Assembly (NCBI GenBank): GCA_039545335.1
Contig: BCIN01000006.1
Span: 124,001 to 188,000, forward strand
From: Kondoa subrosea
Lineage: Eukaryota
DNA length: 64,000 bases
Direction of reading: 5' to 3'
Part shown: one piece after another, positions 52,119-64,000 of the stretch
How positions within the stretch are numbered: the stretch's first letter is position 1
Layout: each line of letters starts with the position of its first letter
The notes under the pieces: model-generated
Seen by the model: only the letters and a program-made list of their open reading frames with translations
What the model was told of the DNA's origin: nothing
The model's database searches: none
Position numbers and translations under genes: made by a program

Positions 52119-52935
52119 TAAAATGCATTCATTATATGTGTTTTCGCTGTGTACGATAAGAATAGAGAAATTGCATCAGACTTATATGTTTCTCTAGTCG
52201 TTTAAAGACGGAAAAGTCTCATATTCAAAGTCATCATAGGCATCGAGAAGAAGAACGACCGCCTCCAATATCCTTGGACTTGACAACAGCGCGTGTTTTT
52301 CCTTAGCGTCCAATCAGACCAGAGGCCTTAAGAGGGGGCACAGTAATGGCACGGAAACTGCGGTCGCTGATCTACAAGCAGCTGTCAATTTGCGATTGAT
52401 CGACATGTGCGATCGGAAGCTTTTGACAGCTGCATTGTCCAGCCGCTGCAAAGATGAAGCCACTCGAAACATGAAAAGAAATCTTGCGCTGCTGATTATC
52501 TGCTCTCCATCTTCAGTATGCGACCGAGAGTGCTGGATCGGAAGAACTTCGGAGACAAGCTCTGCCACAGGCGCAGAGCTCGTCGACGAAGACACTCCTT
52601 CACCACCTGTCTCACGCTGTCTATGATAAGTCATCCGATAGCAGATGAACATAGAAGCCACGGCACAGCCAAGCGGAAACTTCGTTGAGCAGAAATTGTA
52701 CAGGCCCAACTAGTTGAAGCAGATATGACCAGTGGGCGAGCAAAAGCTCTATGTGAGACTTTTGCCCATAGCTTGACAAGCTCAGACAGCAGACACTGAA
52801 GAATCGAATGGCATCAGAAGAATGCTAGCAGAGTCCGTGCAGACCACCCATACATAGAGCTGGTGCGAAAAAACCGCTACCTCGCCTGTATGCACATTGC
52901 TGAAGGAGACCAAAGGATTGCCTGTCGAAATCCAC

Positions 52936-53174
52936 GAGACTGCTTTCCAGCGTCGATTTGGCACAGACGTAAGGGGTTAACGTAAGCAGGAACAAGCGAA
53001 AGCTGTGTTCTGTTATTGCCAGATGAAAGCTGCGCCTCTGGAAAGAAGTCCTCTGGAATGCGAGGTAAACAGGAAAAGCAACTTGGAAGCGGTCGTTGAG
53101 AGAGAAAGAAGAGGTTGTTCGAAAATTAGACAAAGAGAAGAATCGATTTAATTCACATACGTCAACCTGAAATT
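52936..53174 (-). repeat. Dispersed ~240 bp repeat, copy 2
   Basis: Reverse-complement match to 11306-11545. Confidence 0.9.
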
Positions 53175-53358
53175 CTTAAGGGCTCGATAACCACATGAAC
53201 TTGCTGCGGTTCTAGTCATATGCAAGAAGAGCTTGTCAACACTATATACAAGCAAGAAAATGCGTACAAAAATCCGATGATGATAAATAACACATAGTGC
53301 AAAATTCTAAGCAGAATATCGAAAAGCAGAGTCCCGAGAAGCAGAGTCGAAAGCGAGA

Positions 53359-56300
53359 TTATCTTCTCATAGCCTTCCATGTCTGTCGAGCGCAATCAGG
53401 CGCATTCGATCGGCATTATGAGACAGACTTACGGCCCAGCCTCCGACAACCGCAATGGCGACCAAGAATGCCACTATACTGAAGAACCACCTTTATGGAG
53501 AGCAGCTCAGCCTCAATCCCGGACATCTCAGAGATATGACAAACCGCAGATTCGGTACCCCTTCTCCCGGGACTTGCACGTTCATACCCTGGACAAAGGT
53601 AAGTGTCCGGACGAGACAGAAAGCCATGTCAACTGACCCAAAGACCGGTAATCTGCGAAAGAGACGTCAGCGAACAGATCTAGCGACAATGAGAAGATGA
53701 CTGACCAAGTTCATGGGCACCAAAACTGTACCTAAAGCGGTAAGTTTCGACAACACTTCATTGATAGCGTTGTTGGCATCTGCGTAGATTGTTCAACAAT
53801 GAGTAGACAAGATCATGATCTAGCGAACCAGTCATCTCAATCGAGATTTGAGCAAGGTAATTTGAATGCGAGCGTGAGAGAATCTTTTCGTAATGATTCA
53901 AATTTTGCGTCATCGTGACCAAATGATCCTAGAGAAGACTTTAGGCTCTGACTTGGACATTCAGCTAGACAATATCACTTACTTGAATATCAGACAGATA
54001 CAGACCGATGTCTGATTTAGGCGCGACTGTCCAGTTTTCGTTACATCGCTTAGCAAGACCTTTGACGACATCTGCTTTGTTGCCCATGAGCCGAAGCAGA
54101 CCCATGACCTTCTTGCGGCATGTGCCAATTCTGCTCTCCAGGTTAGTAAAGCACAACAAAACAGAACACACAGCATCGCACCTTCGCAACATGTCACTTT
54201 GTTCCGCTTCTTTCAAGATAAGTACAAGTTCATCAATACTGTCGACTTCATATTCGATGTTCTGGATCAGAGGACCGAAGGCATCGGTAATGTCATCAAT
54301 CAGAGCATATGATATCCAATCAGAAGTGACATTTATGAAATCTTTGAGCTGCTTGATACGTCTTCGGACATTCTGAGGGTGAGGTGTACCGCGGAAATGG
54401 AACTGCAAAAGCTTAAATCAATCATCAATTCGTGAAATACGAGAGAGGAACTGACCGATAATGTGCCTTCACGGAAAACAACAACATACATGTTGAGCGG
54501 TTCGAGATAGGTAGGACTATAAGGATCTTGATCGAAAGAGCGGAAACAGACCAGATAGTAATTGCGGAACAGCTCAATCTTTTCTCTTGATTCTTCCATC
54601 AGAATATCTTCAGTGGTCAATGGATGTATACCGAAGACCTACCCAAAGCTTAGATGAATATAACCTCAGTATTCAAGAAACACCGACCTTGCTAATCACC
54701 TTCATCTCCTGGTCTGTTGGACAGAGCACATCTAACCACCAAGTATTCAATTCCGCATCCACATCAGATCGCAATACTGTTGTTCGAGCTTTCGATCCAG
54801 GTGCACTTGCTGCAAGACCGCTCGGTTTACCTCCAACCATAGAATTCCTGTTCGATCCATTACTGGGCGTGTTGTAGCCTGTACTACCTTCTTCTTTGTA
54901 TATATGAGGTGGTAGTCCGCTCTCAGGAGGAGCGAACTGAGGGACGACCGGAGGCGCTTCGTCTTCAACCGATCTGTTTCCAACAAAGAGAGATTCGAAA
55001 GTTTGCCCTTCCCCTGGTAGTTCAGCTAAACTTCGCGCATGTATCGTAGATGGCAGAGCATTGGAATAGAAGGAGAATCGGTATGGTCGATCTTTCTCAT
55101 CACTTGCAGGCGTGTTTCGACTATAATGTGCAGTCGAGCCGAAACCTTTTGGACGTTCTCCTTCAAGCAGCGGTGTCTTTTGATGAGCTGATGGTTCTAC
55201 AGAGTTTATTCTTGGCAATGGATCAGAGTTGGCAGCTGCTCCTTCGAACAGAGCCAGTTTGCGTTGATATCTTCCACCTCTTGCACCAGGTGTAGCAACA
55301 CTTTCGCTCAATTTCCTCATTCTACCCATTCGACCATGTTTCTGAGGATGTCCATCTTCTTCTCCCTTCCGTCTCCGTAATTCACCTTTAGCTTCAGGGC
55401 TGAAGCTCACTTGACCAGGTGAACGAATATTCTTGAATGAAGGTCGAGGTAAGAAATAACCAGTTGCTTCCCTTTCCTTTTCAGCAAACTCTTCCAAGGT
55501 ATCGAAATCGAAAGCATATGGATAATGAGGTAGCATGCCAGCTGCACCCGAGTGTCTAGTTCGATGCGTACTGTGATGATGTTCATGATGACCTTCATGG
55601 CTTTCGTTGCGTGTTTTAGAGTGAGAAGAATGGATCGATGCTGCTCGGGCCGATTCAGGTAACATAGGGAAACAAACGTCTTCTTCTGCTTGACCTAGAA
55701 GAGAAGGCTGCCGGGAAAGAGAAGGCGTGAAAGTATTGCCTTCTTGTTGTCGTGGAGAGTTCATGTCAGAGAGTAGAGATCCATATGGTGATTGCGAAGA
55801 ACCTTCGCCGTTGTTGATGTGGAAAGGCCGTGGACTAGGTCGATGATCAATTACGCCTTCATCTTCTTCGTCATGGTCTGTGTCTAGTGCCGACTCGTTC
55901 ATGTTCGCACTACCATTCATACGCAACTCTGGAGGATTATCAGATGATCTCGAAGGTCTTTGATGCGAAGAGGGCCCAATGGTAATGCTTGAATTAGCCA
56001 GATCCACATCAGTCGGATTCACTTCCGCTTTCAGACCACTAGAGTGTGCTTTGTATCGATTGATAGCTGATGTTGCGTGTCCTGGCGACTTAGAAAGGGA
56101 GTGAGATTGATTTCGGTGATCTATGAATGCAGACTGGGAATCCAGCGATGTGTTCGACATATTTGAAGAGCGATAGAAGGAAGAGGGAACTGCCGAAGCT
56201 CGAGCAGGCATCGACTTGTCTTTCACGGACCGATTATGGCCAGATTGGGTATTATCAGGTTTGAGCACAGGCGAAGCAGGCTGAGCCTGGAAGAATCCTT

Positions 56301-56466
56301 TGTCTAGTTCTGCTTGATCCATATCTGTTGTATTGTCCTCATCGTCTTGACTATTGGGTGTTGGAGCTTCGTCAAAGGAACGGGGGCTGCCTAACATCGA
56401 GCCTTGACTGAATCTTCGACGAGTTTGCTCGTGTGATGGTGAAGTGCCTCGCTTGCGGCCTGTCAT
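53359..56466 (-). CDS. CorA-family Mg2+ transporter (Alr1/Mnr2 type)
   Basis: WWLDVLCPT, EDILMEESREKIELFRNYYLVCFRSF, DWISYALIDDITDAF, LYLSDIQDHL, and LVPMNLV...GMNVQVPG (the GMN signature). Confidence 0.95.
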
Positions 56467-57393
56467 TGTTCTGAGAACACAGGCAGGGTATCAGTCCAGA
56501 CGTCAACAGTAGTTGGTAGATTGGAGAAGACGGCCTCGAATGGATTTTGAGAAAGAGTCAAATGTCCGAATAGAAGATCAGCGAAAAACTCAGTATGTGA
56601 CAGAGTGACGCGAAGAATATCATTTTACAGATATAACTAGACTTGTAACGCATTTCCAGCGAATGCGAATTTCACCAAAAAGATCTTTACCTCGATATCG
56701 CTTGCACTGATAGCCTTTACATCTCATAGCTCTCCATCTGCACAGCACTCGTCACCAGATGAGCCTCTTCTGATCCTTCATTCTTTTTCTTCCTCCCAGT
56801 CTGCCATGATCGAATTGCTTCAATTTTCCTATCGATACTTGTCAAAATAGAGCTCGAAGACGCTCAATGTACAAAGGCTCACAGCCTGATGTTGCTTCAG
56901 CTGAAGCGACTTTGACTAGTGAATTTCGAGGATTTAGCGGATGGGTAGCGATGCTTGGAGTGCGAAGAAAAGATCCAGAACAGCGAAGAGGTTGTTTGAG
57001 AATTTCATGATTCATGACGCTTCTCTTCTAGTGAGGTGCACGAAACCAGATTTGAAACGACTGCTCCACATTGTGAGCGCTAATGCTGCATTTGATAGCC
57101 AGTAGTTGAGTACAAAGAGCCAGGCCGAAAGGGAAAATGGTATTCATAGTCGCAGCAAGGCATATGCGCACGCATGTGCATTGACCACAGAAAGCGACTT
57201 CTAAACGATCTTGGAGGCATAGCAACCAGGCTGAACCCTTCGTTGCCAAATTTGAGGAAGTGAAGCGAATAGTCAGATTGATTGTTGCCACGAGTAGTTG
57301 AATGAAGGGTCGGTGATACATCCAGCCGGTGCAGAGCAAGGAAGCAGAGACTTTCGCAGCAGTCCGATCCGAGTTGGAAGGAAGATTCGGCTT

Positions 57394-57998
57394 TCACAGT
57401 TTGCTACTTCTCGATGCCACCCTCGGTTCTGAACGATTACAGCATGTACACCATCAGCGGAGATACGTAGAGCGACCAAAAACACTTTACCGTATGCGTT
57501 TCCATCCACTTGCTTAATTCCTTGAGCAGGACCGCACCAAGCCACTCTGTCTTTAACAAATTGTTCCAACCTAGGTTTCAAGCTCGTCTCTGCCAAATTG
57601 AAATCATCTACTGTTCCGATTCTGAGGATACTGTTTCCAGGAAACCCTTGGCCTTTCCTATACATCAAAGAACCGCAAACAGAGCAGAAGTAATTCGTCA
57701 TGAGATTGCCTGTTGCTATTGTTTTTCGCATGCTGTAGGTGGAGAGTTTGTCTTGTCCGCGGAGATGCTTCAGATGAGAATCCTTGATGACGAAGTTGGA
57801 AGCAAACATTGACGCGGTGAGCTTCCTACAATCAGTGCAATTACACAAGAAGGAGTCTACTAAGCCGGGTCTAGATAGAGGCTGTACGAATACTTAGCCT
57901 TAGGACCCATAGAATCGGTTATGAAGAGCGAACGAAAGCGAGCTGAACTTGTCCACAGAAACAAGTTGCTGTAGCTTCATCCTTTCGAGAATAGCCAT
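57394..57998 (-). CDS. GFA/CENP-V (Mss4-like) protein, copy 2, with predicted C-terminal SKL
   Basis: ATCFCGQVQL, CNCTDCRK, YFCSVCGSLMYR and LRIGTVDDF. Splicing intron 57429-57490 gives ...ASRSSKL*. Confidence 0.88.
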
Positions 57999-58200
57999 CT
58001 GTGGCTCCTCCAGCTAGAGGTAAATAGGGCTTGCTCTTATCGGAATCTCGTACAGACATCGCCGTAAGGAAACAATGTGTGAGGTACATGAATAGTCAAG
58101 ACAGCAAGACGGCTGCCACACCCTCAAGTCTATACAATGCTCTATTGCCCAAACTCCTCTATTACCTCCAACGTCTAGGATACTTTTCCGAAATATTACT

Positions 58201-59453
58201 TTACACCAAAACCGATCCAGTGATTACAGGAGCAATCACTTCATCCCTATTCTGAGACTGAAGAAAGAGACCCCAGCTAGACAAACAGGAGGTAAGCGTA
58301 TCCATAGAGAGAAGTAAATGTTCAGCTTACAAAAACGAAGCCTGTGCAGGAAGATTAATTGCTAAGGCCACACTGAAGAGCTTAGAGCACGCTCACGCAA
58401 TTCATCACTACTGGCCGCGCTATATCTGTTGTTAGACAATACAGAAGAGTCTGACACCGTGAGCCATACCATAAAGCGGGGTGACTGGAACAATGGGGTT
58501 GAGCACTTTGCTTGCAGAGCGAATATCCTAAGGACGTACAATTCAAATTGATCATCTGGATAGGACCAAAGACGAAGAAACCAACGCTCCAAACTTTGAG
58601 GAATTTCTGAATATACCAACTTTTCATCAACTCTGCGAACAATGTGACAATACTCAGCAGATGTATACCTCTTGAATCCTCTCCTTTATATTCTGTAGGG
58701 ATCTACCTTCCATCATGCCCACGCAGAAGAAGAAATAGCACGGCCCGACTATCAATGGAATGAGCTGCCGACACTGAATACACAAGTATCGACCGACCAG
58801 GACCCATGAATGCCTGGAAAGTATATTTCAGCTATCTCTAATGTTTTTTTAAGTCCACAGACTGACCATATCTAAAGCCAATCGAGTGGCAGTAGCTATA
58901 ACATGGAATCAGCATCGATCGAACTGTCATTGTCAAGACGAACTCTTCACAGCTGATGGAAATTTGATCTTATTCAGAAGCAGATTCCACCGATTCGTGA
59001 AAGGTGCCCAGCAAAGCGAGCCCTTTTCTTAATACTTGAGCGAATGATATCACACGTGAAGATGATCACCTACATAAGTTGCTGATCGAGCAGTTCTGAT
59101 CCACTGCACAATAAAATGAGCATTCTATAAGAAGACAATGCGAAGCGTCGTTTACATCATGTTGCATGAAAGGCTTGCGTTCTATCATTTGCTGAGAAAC
59201 AGCTGTCACACAATCGATTGAATTTGAATAATGTTCGTCAAGCAGGCAATTGACTGACCATCGCTCAATCCTAGGCTATATTCGATTCAGTAGAGCCACA
59301 GTCGAGTAGACCGATGAGCGCACAGAGTCTGCCAAAAAAGCGTTAGAAGTATTTCGTTGAGAAAGATGATTGACTGACTCCACTAGTGGCCATCTGCGTA
59401 GGCAGAGTATAAGTCTGCAAGAGTCGCAGATAGGCATTGAAGATCCGTCCCAT
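58201..59453 (-). CDS. Mpv17/PMP22 (Sym1-like) protein, copy 2
   Basis: MGRIFNAYLRLLQTYTLPTQMAT, ATRLALDM, GPCYFFFCVGMMEGRSLQNIKERIQE and KVWSVGFFVFGPIQMINL; the exon pattern parallels copy 1. Confidence 0.85.
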
Positions 59454-59823
59454 GCTTTGCGCAACCCGGGAGAAAGGAGGAGAGAAGATCTACAGCGAAG
59501 GACCAAGCATATAGAGAACAGTAAAGACAGACAGAGAGGAAGAAGAAACAGTACAAGCGAGAGTGGATGACTTGGATGAAAGGACAAATTTCGGAAGTTG
59601 TTCTGTATCTATGACTCGCTCTATTCGTTCACGCGATTTGGGCGTGCTGGTAGTAACAACGCGAGAACAGCTATCCATCCATTCGGCTTCCGTCCTATAA
59701 TTGGCCATGTGCATTGACCTCCTTTACTTCGTGTTTTTCGAAGAGCTGGATTCGCTTTCTGTTTCGTACTGTCACTCCTTTCCATAAGTAATACCCTGAG
59801 CTATCTTTCCTGTCCTTTCAAAT

Positions 59824-61069
59824 ATGGTCTCCTTCCACTCTTTTGCCCTCCTGCTTCCAGCATTCGCTGCATTCGCTTCAGCAGCCAAGAACCCTGCATC
59901 CAATGTCCTCATCGTTCAATACCCAACTTCATACAATGACATAGCCAAAGGCAGCTCTGGATTATACCATGGATTCACTAGCGCTTGGCGCTCAAAATGT
60001 TTACAGCATTGTGGAAGTTTAGGCAAACATCATCTTATGTGAGTTCACTATCCGTTGGGTATCAGCCGAGAATACTGACTTTTTTGCAGGGGTGTAAGGC
60101 TATCCGTTCGCGTAGTCTGGCCGAGCTCATCTCAATTCAGGTCACTCCGCTTCGAGTATCTCAAACAGCTTCCGCTACGTGCTACTGCTGCGAAAGAAAC
60201 CCAAAGGTGAATGAGTATAGCTATGCAGTCGTCTAGTGACTGACTAATCGGCTTTGGCTTCTTCACAGACTGGAACTTGCTGTGCGTTCGATATGCGATC
60301 TACTCACTTTACTAAAGTTGCATGACAGACAACTCTGCTGAACCATACAGCCCTTCTGATGCTCAAGGCCGTGAGTTCTCAGCTTAGTTTTAGATGATCA
60401 AACCTATCATAAGCTGACGGGATTACAGCCCTCACCGTAAGCTTGAGCTCAAATATGAGTAGTAATGCGTACTCATCTACTGTCCTAGCTATGCACTCCG
60501 GACGTCATCAAGGTAAAATCTCCTTTCAGCTATAGCGCAGAATGACTCGCTGAAAGAGAGGCGGAATATTACAGATGATGAAGCCTGCTATCAAAGTCAT
60601 CGACAAGTCAATCATTGCTTCTGCTCCAGTACCAGTGTAGGTTCTCCTTTCTGTTTCAGACGAACCCGAGTTGAGGAGGGTTGAAACAGGGTTACGTCAC
60701 CTACCAAGAAACCTCAAGCTGGAAAAAAGATGCTCTTCAGATGGAAAGCGCCTGCTTCTGAGCTGTATGTTCCATGATCATATGACATGCAAGAGCTAAT
60801 TCGTTGCTTGCAGTATTGATGAAAAGTATGTCGTCTTTGGCCAATAGGTTGCTTGTTATGGTTGACTTTCTATGCTAGATTGTTCGCCCAATTCACTGCC
60901 GGTACTACAAAAGTCACTGTACCCGTTACTTCCAAGTATTTCGAGTGCGTCATCGTTTCAACGAAGCTCTATTCGAGCTTTTTTGACACCTGTACCACAG
61001 TTGCATCGTTCCGTCCAACGTGCACGGCAGCAAGATTCAAGTAGTCATCACTGCCGCCAACTCGGTTAA
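59824..61069 (+). CDS. Secreted protein with many small exons
   Basis: Signal peptide MVSFHSFALLLPAFAAFASA, Cys-containing exons and many GT-AG introns. The end is approximate. Confidence 0.6.
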
Positions 61070-61885
61070 TACGATCTATCAAGTTGCATCTGGGTTCATC
61101 TATTCTACTCTTACGAGGAAGAATGACTGATCGAATTGGGTTATAGGACTTTCAAGATCGCTGCTCCGATCGTCAAGAGGGATCATGAAATGAGGAGATT
61201 ACATTCTTTTGCTTGAACCAAAGGCGAGGCGCGATATCTTTAGGACAATCATTATAGTATTTTCTTCCCGTTTGCATTAGACTAAGTATGAATCTTGACG
61301 GTTCAATTTCATACGCACCGATCTTTTCCCTGAATGATGTTCGTAAGTCCGGTATATCGTTCGTAAGATTGCTGCTCAGCTTCAATGTTATATAGGATTG
61401 GTTCTTCTGATTCTTCTGGGCATTGTTTCCGATCCTTTTGGTCCGGATAGAGCGACCGTCCAGAGTCAGCAGTCAGCTGTTCTATATCACTCTCGGTCGC
61501 TCTATCTACCTTGCTCTATTTAGCCTTCATTTTCTAATCTTTGCCTTGAATATCTTCGTGCTTCTTCATAACACTGATGCCCTGTCGATGTCCTTGAATG
61601 TCTGAAACCTGCAGATAGGTGCTACCGATCTCTATTGCTGAACGATGGTCGTCTCACCTCAACCCTACTTGAAGTCGACCCTGATTTGCTCGAATGTTAC
61701 TTCTGAGAAGTTGGATTCTCTTGAACAATAGCCACAGGATGTTATTCGTGGACGGGCAGTGCGAAAAGCTATCAAAACCAGCGATTTCTCTCTTGCTCTT
61801 GCTCAATCTCGATCTATCAAACCTCTCCTGCTTTTTTTATATAGACTACCTCAGCTCAGCCTTAACTTCAAGTCTTGAACTTATC

Positions 61886-62440
61886 ATGACCCAACAACTG
61901 ACTTGTAATGATTTGGCCAATGTTGTTGCTCATATTGGTATCTTTTATTCCTCGCTGCCTCAATCGGATGTCACTATCAACCAGTTGCAACTCAACTACA
62001 TGGACGACAACAAACATCAATCCGTTGGCTTTTCATTACCTTCGGCTGTAGCTGGGAAGAAGGACTTGTTGACTCGTTATTATGGAATCCAATTAGAAAT
62101 TTCGGGATACCCAAAGCGGACTCTGCCAATCAACGTTGAAGTAGTCGCAACTGGTGGCTACAGTCTGTGGTTGCATGCTGATGCTAGGACACACCTCTGG
62201 ACAAAAGGTATGTCTCTGTGTCTCAAAATCGGCTCCGTTAAGCCGCCCTCTGTAGTGCACTCTGCACTGGAGAACTCCAACTATTGTTACCTGACTGTCA
62301 CCTTAGTGACGCATATATACTCTCAGTACGGAACCACGGTGGTTCCTCTCGCGCCCCACAAATTCCACTTCAGGCGTATGTACGCACTGCTTAACCAAGT
62401 CCGTTTGAACGCGCTGATTCTTCTCGTGCTCTCTAGATGA
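61886..62440 (+). CDS. Hypothetical protein
   Basis: Open frame MTQQLTCNDLANVV... with globular-looking composition. Introns are possible near 62208 and 62376. Confidence 0.45.
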   Translation: MTQQLTCNDLANVVAHIGIFYSSLPQSDVTINQLQLNYMDDNKHQSVGFSLPSAVAGKKDLLTRYYGIQLEISGYPKRTLPINVEVVATGGYSLWLHADARTHLWTKGMSLCLKIGSVKPPSVVHSALENSNYCYLTVTLVTHIYSQYGTTVVPLAPHKFHFRRMYALLNQVRLNALILLVLSR

Positions 62441-62663
62441 GTAGAGTCAAGCGGCATATGCTCATAGCATATTCATTCATAGACTTTGTTTTTACCTATG
62501 CATTTCCGTTTTGCTCTCTCATTTCCCTCAGAGGGGCCAGAATGTCGCCGACCGCGGAAATATAAGACAATGCAGCACTAATGTATCAGTGTCCGAAGAG
62601 CAGCCTGAAATTACACAAAACACAGCGAAACGAAAGTATATACACTACACATACGAGAGTAAT

Positions 62664-64000
62664 CTATCGCCATACAGGACTACCAGCAGCCGTTGATGAC
62701 GCAGACAGACTCATTCTACCAGCTGCTCTTCCGATAGCAGACGAAGCTCTGCTTCGCTTGACAGGTGAATGCTGAGGTGCAGGCAGGGTAGCTCGAGGAG
62801 CTCGACCAGCTTTTCTTGCAGAAGAAGTGATATCAGATTCAGGTGTTTCCGAGGAAGTCGGCGGAACATAGGAAACCCTTCGAGTCTTCTTTGCCGATCG
62901 AACTGGACCTATTGATGATCTGCGAGTCGTAGAAAGACGCTTCGTAGCTGACGGACGCGTTCGAGAAGGATTGAGAGACAGTGGAGTATCTCCAAATGAA
63001 GAATTTGCAGAAGAGATCGAAGCATTACCGACTTCACCCATTGGCTGTCTATAAGGATCTTGTTTGAGAAAAGAAAGCCGGGCCTGCTTGTTGTTGCCCT
63101 TGAATAATGAGGGTCGAGCTTGAGGCGGCGTGTTCTCGCTATCTTCACCGACTACAGCTAGACGAGTCATCTTGAAGCCATCATTTGGTTTGCTGCGAGA
63201 AAGGAAGCCTGTGCTGAGTCGATTACTGGTAGGTTTGAGCATAGCGCGAAGATCAGCTGCGGATTGAGGAGTAGAGGATGAAGGTGCTGGCTGGAATATA
63301 TCAGATTTCCCCAGAGAAAGCAGCACAGGAGGAGAAAGAGTCTTGTCTGATTGGTCTGTCGCCAATTCATCTTCGAGTTCCCATCCTTCGCCAGCCTCTG
63401 CAATTCGAAGGACTTTTTAGAAGAACAGCGCATCTTATACTCAAAACTTACCATCTCTCCAAATCACACTCTTCTTTTCTACTTTTGGTGCTCTTTTACG
63501 AGGCGAAGAAGCAATGCTACTCTTCAATCCACCCATTCTAGCTTTCCTAGGCGATCGAGCTGCATGTGAGATCTTGGCTGGTGAAGCAGATACAGCAAAG
63601 TCTTGCAGAGGTACTCTGCCTTTGACAGCGGTAAATTGTATGGCTTCTGTTCGTTGCCCAGCGAGCTCTTCGAAAGCTGCACGACTAGCTGCATCTAATT
63701 CACTTATAGCTGTTGTCCAGATTGATTCATCCATATCTTGTGCGTTTAGAAGTCGACTCCGAGCATCAAAGATAGCAACTAATATCCGAGCTTGAGTTCT
63801 GCTCCCTCCTAGCAGACCAGCTTCTTTAGCATTTCCGACAGACACTTGCAGAGTCAGATCAATGAGCTTCGTTTCCGAATCGAGTATACGTGAAGCTTCT
63901 GGATGTTGTAGGCGGCGACGCAAGCTTGCTACATTGGCGCCGTATATAGATTGAGCATTTGTAGCTTGTTTCGTTTCTTGCAAGAGTGATTGACCATGAG
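62664..64000 (-). CDS. 3' part of a large protein with a basic disordered tail (possibly a kinesin-8/Kip3-like tail); 5' end outside window
   Basis: ORFs 63441-63983 and 62664-63365 are joined by an intron. KKSVIWRD, RRSSIGP and terminal PVWR* recall fungal kinesin-8 tails, but no motor domain is visible here. Confidence 0.5.

Noticed and set aside
55500..55640. His-rich stretch in the CorA N-terminus
   Set aside because: Low-complexity extensions are common in fungal Alr/Mnr transporters, and there is no further evidence of a special function.

Overview
Gene-dense, intron-rich fungal DNA with short (~50-70 nt) GT-AG introns. It is probably a basidiomycete; that is my inference from gene style, not a computed result. 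About 27 protein-coding genes are visible. Conserved genes: a G-protein alpha subunit (truncated at the left edge), VPS36, an EEF1AKMT4-like methyltransferase, OPI3, a GH16 glucanase, a Vps62-like gene, BOS1, BSD2, a DUF4449/HAM1-like gene, a GNAT, OGG1 and a CorA/Alr1-type Mg transporter. The window also shows much local duplication. (1) A ~1.9 kb inverted repeat (1607-3546 and 22256-24172) brackets ~18.7 kb. Each arm holds a gene with about four KH-like units, and the non-coding inner ~180 bp is identical between arms although the coding parts have diverged. (2) A giant gene at 41.6-47.3 kb encodes ~12 mostly degenerate KH-like units plus an RS tail; its N-terminal units match the inverted-repeat genes. 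(3) A tandem trio of acidic orphan genes (31-38 kb) has apparent 3'UTR introns, and two copies have upstream hairpins whose pairing is kept while the stem sequence changes. (4) There are two Mpv17/PMP22 genes and two GFA genes, a duplicated promoter around an orphan gene, and a dispersed ~240 bp repeat. I saw no tRNA, rRNA, CRISPR array, transposase, recombinase or mating-type gene. Exon boundaries were read by eye; CDS coordinates include introns and are approximate.
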